Part shown: piece by piece, positions 15,023-27,280 of the stretch
Position numbering within the stretch: position 1 is the first letter of the stretch
Layout: every line of letters begins with the position of its first letter
NCBI GenBank assembly: GCA_028023455.1
Contig: JAQFVV010000005.1
Location: 17,484,001 to 17,548,000, forward strand
Length of the DNA stretch: 64,000 bases
From: Epiperipatus broadwayi
Taxonomy: Eukaryota; Animalia; Onychophora
Reading direction: 5' to 3'
Position numbers and translations under genes: made by a program
The notes under the pieces: model-generated
Seen by the model: the letters and a program-made list of their open reading frames with translations, nothing else
Databases searched by the model: none
What the model was told of the DNA's origin: nothing

Positions 15023-15037
15023 CTCCAGTTCCAGTAA
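15023..15037 (-). CDS. Candidate 15-nt cassette microexon (VTGTG, phase 1-1)
   Basis: Acceptor aaatattag and consensus donor GAG|GTAAGT. Frame-preserving between the 19876 and 13561 exons. Confidence 0.35.
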
Positions 15038-17389
15038 CTAATATTTATATAATTGTTTTTGAATAAAAACAAAATTAAAAATGCTTATTCCTCATTTATT
15101 TGACATATATACATTACTTTCCTCCTCTGCCTTTTTTGGGAAATATGACTTTATAAGCATATATCATTAATTTAACTATTTCTAAAAGATTCTTCTTATT
15201 CTGTATGTTATTTCTCAACATCTTTATTAAGCAATATATAATACTTTCAAAAAACAATAGATGATTATTCAAGATTTTTTTTTAGATTAAAAAATTATTT
15301 TTAGATACTAATTCATAATTATTTTTAATTTTGAGTTTTGTTTATATATCCTGATAGCATGCATTTTTAAAAAAGGTGTTCACCTATAAAAATAATATTT
15401 ATAGAAAAAAAGGGGCAGGGCCAGAATAATCTAAATACAATAAATGAAGAAAAAATAATATAGTTAATGCCAGAAAAGTATATACATCCAAATTAATATA
15501 AAACTAGCAATTTTTATAACAGACAGTTGTTCATAGTTTTACTATCATCATAAGTTAATTCCAAAAGGCATATCTCACAAACCAAACCAGACTACAATTT
15601 CTAAACTTTTCTATTCATTATTTTTCAAATGCAGTTTTCATAACTATTTCCCTACTTGTGATCATTTATTGATTTTTATTTCTCTTTCTTTTACTTTTCA
15701 CACTATCATGCAACACATCTTTCATAATTCTCTTGCTGCACAATACACAATCAATTCAATTTTTTCTCATTTCTTCAATAAACAATCTTTTTTATACACA
15801 AATGTCAAAAATAGCATGCCGTCCTGTCCATTTAACTACATTACTTTCCTGGAAACTATGGAGTCAATCTGAATGCCACTTTAATTGCACATATTATACA
15901 CTTCGAAATAATTTATAACATTATGTGGATAGTTTATCTACTGATATTTGTGCTATAACTTTACGATGAATAGTTCCAAAGAATGGCAATGATTCTATAT
16001 TTTAGTTTCCAGTTTTATCCTTAAATGGCAGGAGCAATTAAAAGTTAAAAAAGCTCTAAGTCTGAAAATCAACTTGTGCATTATGCCATGCAGGGCTCGA
16101 GTATGTAATATTAGTAAAGCAGAAAAGTTGGATTTGTTTTAAATTAAATTTTGGCTTGTTGTGAAATTGGTTTCATTATTTTGAAAGATATTTTTAATAA
16201 TAAAATATAAAACATTATACTTTTATAATTTATCATGTTTTCAAAAGAATTTATATTTTCATAGTGGAAAACTTTGAACTAAGACTTTCCAGCTCCCTTC
16301 AGTTATCCACTGAATTCCCTATAATTACATTTAAACACCAAGTATATAAATTATACTTGTATTCAAATATTATAGAGGGAAGCAAAAAATATTTTTTATG
16401 TTAATCTAGCAAATAAAGAAAATAAGTTTGTTTTTTCTTTAGGTATATTTATTGCTTTTAATATTTTTTTGTTACCTTAATTAAGTGTAAAAAATATTTA
16501 AAATAATAATTATACTATAAAACAGTTTTATTTTGTCACAAACTCTATTGAAACTGAAAGCCATATAAATAAAAAATTAAATCATGCAATGAAAATCTCA
16601 ATTTGGTTAAGTATAATTTTTTTTTAAAATAAGAAATATTTCATTTTTAAAAAACTATATTTCCCAAATATACTTTTCATGATGCTTTAGTTATATCTTT
16701 AGATGTAAATAATGGATTATGAAAAGAGTATTAGAAATGTGTTTTTTTCATTTAAGATTTGACATAAGCAATGCAAAAAGAATGATAAGAGGCAATGAAT
16801 GTCTTGGTCAGAGATATACTTATTTATTATTAATATAAATTATTGTATAAGATAATTAAATTGTTACATTTTCATTTACCATTGTCAAACTCCCTCCACT
16901 CACAACTTTGACGCCATCCATTTCAGATAAATACACTAATGATTATTACTAATCATTTTCGAAACTAGAGATTATCTCTAGCACAGATATAAACTTTAAA
17001 CCTCAAGATAATTAAAGTATACATTTATGTATTACATGCTTAATAGGGACATGCATGCAATCAGTCAAAGGATCAGAGGAAATTAACTTATCAATATTAA
17101 TAGAGAGGGAAGTGGACAAATGTCTATATCTATATGAATCAGTTTCCCTTTTGCAAAACAAACATAAAGTATAAATTCTAAAGGAAATTCAAAATCCAGA
17201 AAAATTATAAGAATTCCTGTAGATTGCCTGCTCTCTGAAGGCTGAAATGAAACTTAAGGAACAATGCAAGTCACATAAATCTTTATTATTATTTTTGTGA
17301 AATTCAAACTACTAATATATATGTTTGTAGTTTTGTATTTATTAAGTAGTTTTATATAACAGATTTTTAATAAATATGTTTTAGTAATA

Positions 17390-17690
17390 CTTAGATAAAA
17401 GATAACATTAATAGAAGATCAAGTGGAATTTCAGACTACAGAAGAAAATTTGAGAGGCAAAAAATGGACAGGTATCATTGTCATCAATGAGAGAATTAAG
17501 AAGCTGAAATGGAATTAAGCTGAGTAGGTTGCTAGAAAAGATGGAAATAAATGGACAATTGAAGTTTAAAAGACTAGATCACAAACAATTGTAAAAGGTT
17601 TAGAGAAATATGGAAGATGAATGGATAATGATGATTATTGGAGTGATGTCAAAAAACTGTGGATGGATAAGCTTTGAAAATGATGGGTAA
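17390..17690 (+). mobile_element. Degenerate RTE-clade LINE 3' fragment
   Basis: Reads INERIKKLKWN*AE*VARKDGNKWTIE, matching the RTE at 56745-57750. Confidence 0.65.
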
Positions 17691-19875
17691 CGTAGCAGAT
17701 GAAGAAATAATTAACCATATTTGTCTTGCTTGTGCTATTATTGTTAGTTAAATATTCACTTTATTATATTAACTTTTGGTTTGAATGAAGACTAATTTAT
17801 TTACTTTCTCAAAATACATAAGGAAAAGAACATCTTATTGATCTTTTAAAAAGTTGATGAAAACAAAATTTATAAATTGGTATTTAAACTTTTTTTATAT
17901 AACAATGTTGACTCTATCTAATCAAGTCTTATAATAAAGTTTTTTAAAAGAATATAAAACTTCTTGCCCTTGCTATCTTAAATTAAATAAATATATTAAT
18001 TACAAAATTGAATATAAGAATATACTTTTTATGTTTATATATTATTATCAGGTTATCTGTAGCATGACCTAAGTAGTTTTTGATAGTTCTGAGAAAGTAA
18101 GCATGTCTTTTTTACTGATTATTTTCCCCTTGAGTTCATACATTGCCTCTTTTATATCCTAATCTCATATCATAAAGTAAACACTTTTATCAAAATCAGA
18201 TTTAAGAGTTAATTGTTTCAAAGTTTGCAATAAATGATTATCCAACTTTCCACAGTTGCTCTGGAATACAATAAGACATTTGGATCCAAGTATTTTGTTT
18301 AGAAAACATCAGTGTTCTAAAATATCTATTGTTTAAAAATACTATTGTTTACATTGAGTAAGCAATTAAAAGTATGCATAATTTATCTTTATCAAATTGT
18401 TAATGAGACGTATATAATTCTTTTTTTATAATTAATATTAATTTATATTTTAAAATAATACACCACTTTTTATTTCAAATAAACAAATAGACATACACGT
18501 AAAAAAAAATGCAAATAATATCCCAAATGCATTTCTGGTTAAACTAGAGTTGGCCCAGTTCATAAACTTTTCTTATATATCTACCTCATCATTTATTACT
18601 TGTAATCGTAATGAAACACTTAATTTTAAAGGAAATACAATGCCCTTAAAAGCTTTACTTCTTGGAAATTGTATATATATATTAATAAGGACAGTTACAG
18701 CAGCTCTTTGAAAATATGAACAAAGAGAAGAAGAATATTAGCACAAATTTTAAATATTTAGAAAAATATTTTTTATATTCAAAGATGACGAACGATTGAT
18801 TATTTAATCATCTTAGAAATAACCTATTTATTCTTTTGTTTAGTTTTTGTTAAAAAAGATGCTGAAACAGAAATATTAATTTGACGGATATTTTTTCAGC
18901 TGGAATAACAAAATAACTCGTGTAAACACAACTACATTCAATGTATATATATAGGAATCCATCTTTTATTTATAGAAACTACCTTGACAACAGATTGGAA
19001 GATTCATGATTTAGATAAACTTAAGCTATTATCATGTGATAGTAGAATATATATGCAAAGAATCATCTTGTGTGATAGAAAACTGAAAAGCATAGGTCAT
19101 GCATTTCATGAATAATTTTTCGGCTGGAATAATTAAATTAGTGCAATATAAAGGAACAAATGGATATGTTCGTGCATTTAACGAATAACTTTTCGGCTGC
19201 CATAATTAAATTAATATTATACAAAAACGTAAATACACAATTAATATATACATGCATAGAAAAGTGATTTGCATTACATGTATTTTACGAATAATTTCGG
19301 GTGAACTAATTAAAATAATGTATATAAAAAATACACACATTCAATATATATACATAGGAGTAAATAACTATGGTTAATCTCTCAACATCTTGTGATTCAT
19401 GCATTTTTTAACAATAGGTTCCATCATTTATTTCTATCGCAGATGAATATATTTGCTTCACGCAACTACGACTATACTTCAACCAATACTTACTTTACAA
19501 ACGAAACTCCCAAATTGATACCATAAAGTATATATCCATTAAATAAAATAAAACAATTTCTGAGATAAAAATATATATGCTGAATTAAAAATTATTACAA
19601 AAATAATGGTTTAGCCATTAATTTTCTTTGAAAACAATTTGCATGAATTTGTTAAACGGAAATCGATTTTAGCTATTTGTTTAAGAAAATCCGCGAAAAT
19701 TAAACTTTTCATAGTAATTAGATAAAAATGACTTTTTATTGGTTAATATTTTGGAATGGGAGCTGGGCCTTAAAGTTACTGGCCGATTAATATTATCTGA
19801 CAGTTTGTTAATCAAAAACAAATAAAAACTATTATTATTTTTTACTATTGAAATACACATAGTATAAATACTTAC

Positions 19876-19947
19876 CATAATTACTATCAATATCTACTGA
19901 TGGTAAACTTCTATACCTAGGTGTTGAGTATTCTATGGCGGGGAGAC
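19876..19947 (-). CDS. Rbp: RIM-BP linker exon (SLPAIEYSTPRYRSLPSVDIDSNY), symmetric phase 1-1
   Basis: Acceptor ttttctgtattttag and donor GTAAGT. 72 nt, open in the phase the flanking exons require. Confidence 0.72.
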
Positions 19948-20022
19948 CTAAAATACAGAAAATTAATATTATAGCATTTTAAATATATAGAAAATTATGC
20001 AGAACATAAAGATGAATGAAAA

Positions 20023-20420
20023 CTTTATATATATAGTTGACTATATATATATATCAAAAAGAGCCTCATGTTTTTTATTTATCTTCTTAACTTACAATCT
20101 GGAATCGAATTTGGACCGATAGATTTGAAAATTTTTTCAACAGATTTTTTTTTGTCACATAATATAGCCAAATAAATAACTATCCAATATTGTTTAATTC
20201 AAAATTGTATACGTTTGTTCGTCTGTGCTACGAATAAAATGGATGACAAACAAATGGAAAGTATATATATATAGTTATCTATATATTAACAAGAACCTCA
20301 TTTTTTTTATATATATCTATCTTCTTGGCTTACAATCTGGGATCGAATTTGGACAGATAAATTTTAAAAAAATTTCAACAGATTTTTTTTTTGACAAATA
20401 ATATCCAATACTGTTTAATT
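20023..20420. repeat. Diverged tandem duplication with a ~240-bp period, possibly Helitron/HINE-like
   Basis: tatatatatagtt...cttacaatctgg(a/g)atcgaatttggac...caacagattttttttt occurs twice. The family assignment is weak. Confidence 0.5.
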
Positions 20421-22767
20421 GAAATTTGCACATCTTTGTTTGATTATATAATGAAATGGTTTCTTCTTTAAAACCTAAAGTTGGGTGCACTTTCGGTGAA
20501 GTTCACCAATCACTTAGTTATGCAGATAAAAAAACGTACACAAAGATAAAAACCAATAAATGGGCATTAGATAGAAAATAAAACAAGATTGCAAAAATAA
20601 TAAAATTGTCAACATTTGGCAACCCTTCTGAAAACTGTATTCTCTTTAATTGTCATTCAGTAAGGGTTGTGTTATAAGAAGCTTCTGCCTACAGGCTGAT
20701 TACCTATCTTCATCAAGTATTATCAAATAAAGGATCATATGACTTACTTTCAATATGTGCATTAGAAATAGTAATTTAGTCTGATATTTGGTTACAACTA
20801 CCATGAGCCGTTAATTGATGACTTAAACGTACAATAAATGATTTTTTGAATAGAAGAACAAAGAAAATAGATTACAACTTTAAATATTTTAAGCTATTCA
20901 TGAATAAACTAAAAAGTACTAGTGCACTCCCAATTAAAGAATTGAAGCAAAAAAAAAAATTGCTTATCAGAATTTTTGATGCTCATAAGGCATCTTGTGA
21001 ATAAAAATAGTTAGATACTTATTAACAGATCAGTTTTGCATGGTTATTCAGATTGGCTATAAGCCAGTTGCAAGGATCTTTCATATCCTATATATAAAAT
21101 ATATTATTTAAGTTTTAAAAAAAGGTTTATATATAACATATAATTATATCAAATAATTGTGAGTCATATAGAGTATGATAAAGTAATGACATCCATCTTA
21201 ACCTGTTTTATATAAGCAGTTGTAGGGTATTGGTCTCTGAAATTCAAGGTCCATGGATTTCAGCTCTACTCTGTCACTTCTAATGCTCAAACTTTTTAGG
21301 ACCTCTCATGATTTGATATAGCAGAAGAGTGTTCTATTCTGGAATCCAAGGCCCATAGATAATGGCCCAATTCTGTCACTTCCAATTCTCAAAGTTTTTA
21401 TGAATCCCAAGCAATAAACAATTCAACAATTTTATTTTAATAAATGAAATAAGTTACACAAGATGGTAATTCAATCAGTATTTGTAGAGAATCCCATATT
21501 TGTCTATGCCATGTATGGTTAAGCACAACAGCCAAATGATGAACTCAAGAGCTAAAACTTTCTAGATCAACCCCAAGCTCAACTTGTCACTGTGTTGCTT
21601 TAATGAACATGTCTTCTGTTACAACTAATCTTATTTTTGTTATACTATATGCATTTTATCTGTTCTCACAAGAGTGAATGTGAGAATGTATATACATTTA
21701 AGAGTTTTATTATAGAAAAAGAATGAGTATAGATTTTATAAGAACAAATTATGACTCATTTGAGATTTAATTAATTTTTATAATGAATTATTTTTATTAT
21801 ATATTTTTGATTTGCTTTTAGCAAATAAATTGCAAATTATAAAGCGATTATCATTCAATAAGACAAAATGATGAGAAGATGATTCCAAAGTGTCAAAAGA
21901 AAACATAAGATGGTTCCAGAATGTCAGAAGAAAGCATAAGATCTAGAAGGGGAGTGATTTTAACATGTTCCAACTAAAGGAAATTTCAAACAATTTTGTA
22001 ATCATTAAAGCCTTATCTACAATATCATGTTATAACTAACCAATTCTCAGGTTTGCAGCATTATAAAAAGAGTGATTTTTCTTATTTCACATATACTTCA
22101 TAAAACAATTTCCACATAAATTAGAACTCTGAATCTCCATAGCATGAGATGGACTATTTATTAATGAAGCTTAATCATTTGAGTTTAAATTACAGCATTG
22201 CAAAATATTTAGCTCACTTAATCAACTAATTATAACTAGATCACCATAACACATCATTTCCTAACATCAATTACCTTCTGCTCATGCATTTATGATGACA
22301 CATATCATAAATCAGCCTATTGAGCTACATCTTCAAAGTGAAAGAAAAATAAAATATAGCTAAAACAAGGGAGCAAGAAAGGATTTAAAATCACACTACA
22401 GAGCATCCATTACATACAGGAAAAATAATCCATAAGACACCACTAAAGGCATGTAGCTGGTACAAAAAATCCAGCCTAATAATACTACTACAGATGAATT
22501 CTTGAGCTAAAAACTTTTTGTCTGATTATCCCCAATAAAATATACTCTAATTTTAAATACAAAAAACTTTATAAGCAGACAACTGATAGATATCATTTAT
22601 TAAGTTTAAACACACATACACAAAAATTTCTCATTACCTATATATAATAATTAAATGAATAAAAAAATCAAGTCAGATGACCTAATTTTAATAAAGCTCC
22701 TATTTACAAATGTTATATATAGAGTAAGTTAAAAACAAACTCTTATGAAGCTTCAAAATACCCTCAA

Positions 22768-22807
22768 CCTCAGACCGTGGTTTCTGCCTCTAGCGTCATC
22801 AGTGAGG
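22768..22807 (-). ncRNA. Minimal type I hammerhead ribozyme (copy)
   Basis: Exact reverse complement of 23335-23374. Confidence 0.8.
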
Positions 22808-23136
22808 TGCTAGGGAATAAAAATACTAGAACTAATCCAGCATTTTATCAATGCCTAACTATTGAGAAGAAAATCTGAAACTTTCAGACATTTAAATGTC
22901 CAAAAATCCAGATATCTAACTCAAATAGCAGTATGTGACTGAACTAAGTTCAGATACACCATATATTAATAGCTCTAGCAATATAAAATCGCCAAAGCAT
23001 TAATAGCAAAAAACTAAAATTAAATTGATAAAAAAATCAAGTCAGATGACCTAATTTTAATAAAGCTCCTATTTACAAATGTTATATATAGAGTAAGTTA
23101 AAAACAAACTCTTATGAAGCTTCAAAATACCCTCAA

Positions 23137-23176
23137 CCTCAGACCGTGGTTTCTGCCTCTAGCGTCATCAGTGAGG
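23137..23176 (-). ncRNA. Minimal type I hammerhead ribozyme (copy)
   Basis: Exact reverse complement of 23335-23374. Confidence 0.8.
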
Positions 23177-23334
23177 TGCTAGGGAATAAAAATACTAGAA
23201 CTAGTCCATACTGCTATTTGAGTTAGATAGCTGGATTTTTGGACATTTAAATGTCTGAAAGTTTCAGATTTTCTTCTCAATAGTTAGGCATTGATAAAAT
23301 GCTGGACTAGTTCTAGTATTTTTATTCCCTAGCA

Positions 23335-23374
23335 CCTCACTGATGACGCTAGAGGCAGAAACCACGGTCTGAGG
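23335..23374 (+). ncRNA. Minimal type I hammerhead ribozyme
   Basis: CCTCA CTGATGA CGCTAGAGGCA GAAA CCACGG TC TGAGG. Perfect 5-bp stem I, intact core, GUC cleavage triplet. Confidence 0.8.
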
Positions 23375-26300
23375 TTGAGGGTATTTTGAAGCTTCATAAG
23401 AGTTTGTTTTTAACTTACTCTATATATAATAATTAAATGATACATACAATCTTTATTTCAAAGTCTGAAGGGAGGAGAATAAATTAAAATAACATAAAAT
23501 CCCATACAGAACTTCTAGATTACTAAAAAAAAAATTTATCAAAGTTTTAGAATTGTATTAGGGTACCAAGTTCATAATCATATACTTAAACATGTCTAAA
23601 AATATCTTGTAAGAATTGATGGAGTCATAAAATGATAAAATTGGGAGCTGATCTAGGTGTAACAAATCTGATGCTTGAGTTTCTTTGAACTCCTAAGCAA
23701 TAAACCATTTGATTATTTTATGTCTAAACATAAAGCTTTACCATCCAAAACATTCCAAATTTAAAAAAATGACATTTTATGAGAACAAAGAATGAAAAAA
23801 CAAAAAACACATTTGCAGAATCTGTTAAGGCATGTAATCAGATTGGGATCCATTCCTTCAAATTTACACTGAAATAATTTAGGAGTAATCATTTCTAGAT
23901 CACAGCCTAGAGCAAAGTTGCCACCCGACACAATCATTTGAATAGGGAAAATATAATACAAAATCAAAAATAATTTATATTATACACATAAATTTGAAAA
24001 CGATAATCAATTTTTCCCTACAAAACAAACTATAATAAAACTTTAAAAAGCATGAAAAATTTTATGCACATAATAAATGTAAACAATTTTCCTTATAAAT
24101 CCCATCACGAAGCTGCAACGAAAAACTTTGAACAATATTGCACATAGGCATGCTATATCAACCAATGACATTCATTGTAGCATTTGTGTTCACTGTAATA
24201 CTTTCTTATTTGAAAGTTATATATTTTTTTCATATCAATATTAATGAGACTTATTTTCAGGCTCATGATTAAAATTATAATACAGACTTTGGCAAGAAAA
24301 TTATTGAACTTATTTTTAAAAAATTATTCTGATACAAGTAAATGAAATAAATTGGTAATAAAACATAATAAAGAATTGTGAAACTGTAGTGTTTTAATGA
24401 GAAAAAGTATTCAATGTACAATTTATCCACTGTAGAAGGATTGTCTGTAGCAGATCTTACTATAATTATATCACTAAAAACCAAGTTTGATTTAGAAAAT
24501 TAAGAGTCTTTTAAAAATCAGGATTTCTCCAATAATACTATTAAAATAATTCATTTTCATAAGATTGAGTTAATAGAAAGTTCTTTGTCAATAAAAAAAG
24601 AAAAAGAAAAATTGCCAAAAAGTTCATATTTCACTTCAAACAACCATAAAGTTAACATTCAAATGTCTTTTCCATTGTCAATATTGACACACACATTTCT
24701 TAAAGAATGATAAACCACAAAATTGTCAAACTCCATTTATGATGCAGACTTTTGTACTCTGGATTAATTGTTAAATAGAAAAAGAAAAAGGAATAACAAC
24801 CATAAATCTAAGACAGTTGGTTGAAGCAAACAAGATGATCATTTTTGAAAAAAAAAAATTCCCCTCCCAATTCACCTCTACATCTGACACACCCATTTCA
24901 TTAATAAACTGCCCCTATGAATAAAGATATTTCATTGCTTTCTTTGGAAAAATTCAACAACTAGGACACTCCCAACATCAATCGTCCCAAAATTCATTCA
25001 TCTGGTTTGTCTATATAGGGATTCTTATTTGTAAGGCCAAAATACATTGACTATTTGCATGTGTTAAACTCAACATATAAATTCTATTAATTTTGACTCC
25101 ATATTTATCATGCAGAGAATCCTTTGCCAATAAATGTATTAGGATAGCAAGCTACTTGATGATAACAAAATTTTCTTCTGTCAAATGGCTAACACTGTAA
25201 TAACTGAGAAGATCATACACATATGGCCATATCAGTTCTTATCTGCTCTTGAAATAATTGCAAGCATTTTAAAACAAAATCACTCCATGGTAAAATATAA
25301 AGAAACAATAATCAAAATCAGCAATTTTATTTCTGCCTAAAATTAATACAAGATTAGATCATTAATAATGTGCTATACAAAGTGTAAACAATCTATTTAC
25401 ATATATTGCTATAGACTTTGCCATGTAACTGTCAATTGCCTTAATAATAAATATTCAACATGTGGTTGGTTTGATAGATTTTCTCATATTTGCATTTTTC
25501 TCAAAATTAATTCTCCTAGTCTCAGATAGTACCAGAAAAAAAAAATGGACAGTACAGTATATGCTTCATTAAAAAAAACCCTAAATGAATGTCTGATACA
25601 AAATCAATTAAGAGAGAAAAAATAAACAACAGATAATTTAAAATAAAAGATCTTATACAAAAGATCAGACAGTAGTGGTTTTTAATCACCAAATTAAAAC
25701 TATTCTATTTTTCATCCAGAACAATTGTTCTTTATCAATAGATGAGAGAATGCCATTTTTATTCTTTATGATAAAGACTGACCCCCCCCCCCCAACATGA
25801 CAATTTCACAATATTTATATAAATCAAAATATTATGAATTCAAGATAATGCTGCAGAAACTAAAAGTACAGAGAAAAATGCAGTTTAATGAAAACATAAA
25901 TTTTATTAAAGAAAGAATATGTTTTTGCTACATTTTGTCAAACTAATTATCCAAAGTCACAAATTTGCATTTTTTAAAAAAAAAAAACATTTAATTATAA
26001 AATCCTTCTAGCTACTTTCAGAATTTTGTAAATTACCTTAATAATAGAGTAGCTAGAGGAGAAGTAAATTATTAAGATGAAAACCTTGCATCAATAACTA
26101 CATCTTATTCATCTGAAAGATCCATTTTTTCTACTTGGAATCAGTAAATGTATATGTGTTCCATATGGAAAATATCCTCTAAGAATAGCTAAATATTTTT
26201 TTACCAATTACTAATTAGATGGTTAACGGAAAAAAATCCCAAGGAACTGTTCATTTACTTGAAAAACTTCAAAGATTCCCCCTGATTCAAACTCATTGTT

Positions 26301-26401
26301 GTGAAGTTGGTGGAAGATGGCTAAACATTAATTACATTTGCGAGATCCTTCATAGATATGTTTTAGAATTTACTACTGATATACGTATAATATAGGGAAT
26401 T

Positions 26402-26559
26402 GTTTTATAAAGAGCTCACAAATAAGCTCTTAACAAACTTTGCAGAATATCCTCAACCCCAAATAAACTTGTTAAGAGCTTATTTGTGAGCTCTTTATAA
26501 AACATTTGTAATGCAAGCTTGTTTAAATTAGATCATGTGACATCTGACTTGATTTATTT
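26402..26559. mobile_element. Family A Penelope-like insertion, inverted arm plus 3' tail
   Basis: TSD TAATATAGGGAATT at about 26388-26401 and 26560-26573. The 26402-26440 and 26465-26503 arms are inverted. The tail matches 14941-14985. Confidence 0.72.
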
Positions 26560-27089
26560 GTAATATAGGGAATTTGAACACAGACTTTCAAACTCCCTTC
26601 AATCTGTGTTCAAATCCCCTATATTACATTTAAACTCCAAGTATATGAATTATGCTTGTATTTCAAAAATATTACTGATATATATATAACAAATAAAGAA
26701 CATCTACACAAAATACAATCTTGATTACAATGTATGAACCAAACATTTTATATCACATGGCTCAGCTTACTTCCATATATTTGACAATGATGATCTCTAT
26801 TTTCCATTATAGTTTATGTTTATGTAAGCAATGACTTGAACATCAGACCAGTTTTAATAAAATGTCTTTAGCAATAGTTTTTTCTTTCATATGAAGGTCA
26901 ATTAGCTAGAAATAGTCATGGGAACATTCAGATATTGGAGAGTCATTAATAAATCAATGACTACACAATTGGCTGTGATTGAAGATCCTTGATTAAAAAG
27001 AAGGAAGAATACATATCATGTTTGAACAATGGTATTATTTCCATCACTGAGATATCTTGGTCATATTATTAATAGGCATAGAAACATAA

Positions 27090-27280
27090 TGGATTAAATT
27101 AATTATAAAATTCAACTTGGATGGAATGTTTTGATAGAAGTAATTTAATATTAACTTAAAAGATGTGTATGTATTTGAAAATAATATTTTTAATTGATGT
27201 GTTTTATCAATTCTTACATATGAATCTGAGACTTGGACACTTAGTAGAAGAGCAATATAGAGACTTTAGACCACTCAGGC
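27090..27280 (+). mobile_element. Degenerate RTE LINE fragment
   Basis: Reads ...KIQLGWN...ILTYESETWTLSRRAI*RL*TTQ, compared with LTYGSETWTLNRRSIQRLQTTQ in the 56.7-kb RTE. Confidence 0.7.

Larger units (their letters stand above)
22659..23419. mobile_element. Young Penelope-like family A insertion: two tandem minus-strand copies plus one inverted arm, with three hammerheads
   Basis: 21-bp TSD CTATATATAATAATTAAATGA at 22638-22658 and 23420-23440. Near-identical arms. Hammerhead motifs at 22768-22807 (-), 23137-23176 (-) and 23335-23374 (+). Confidence 0.8.

Noticed and set aside
22659-23419. MITE or foldback interpretation of the long palindromes (also 26.4, 45.5, 49.0 and 60.8 kb)
   Set aside because: The arms are asymmetric with a one-sided tail, TSDs are long and variable, and most contain hammerheads, which fits Penelope-like retroelements better.
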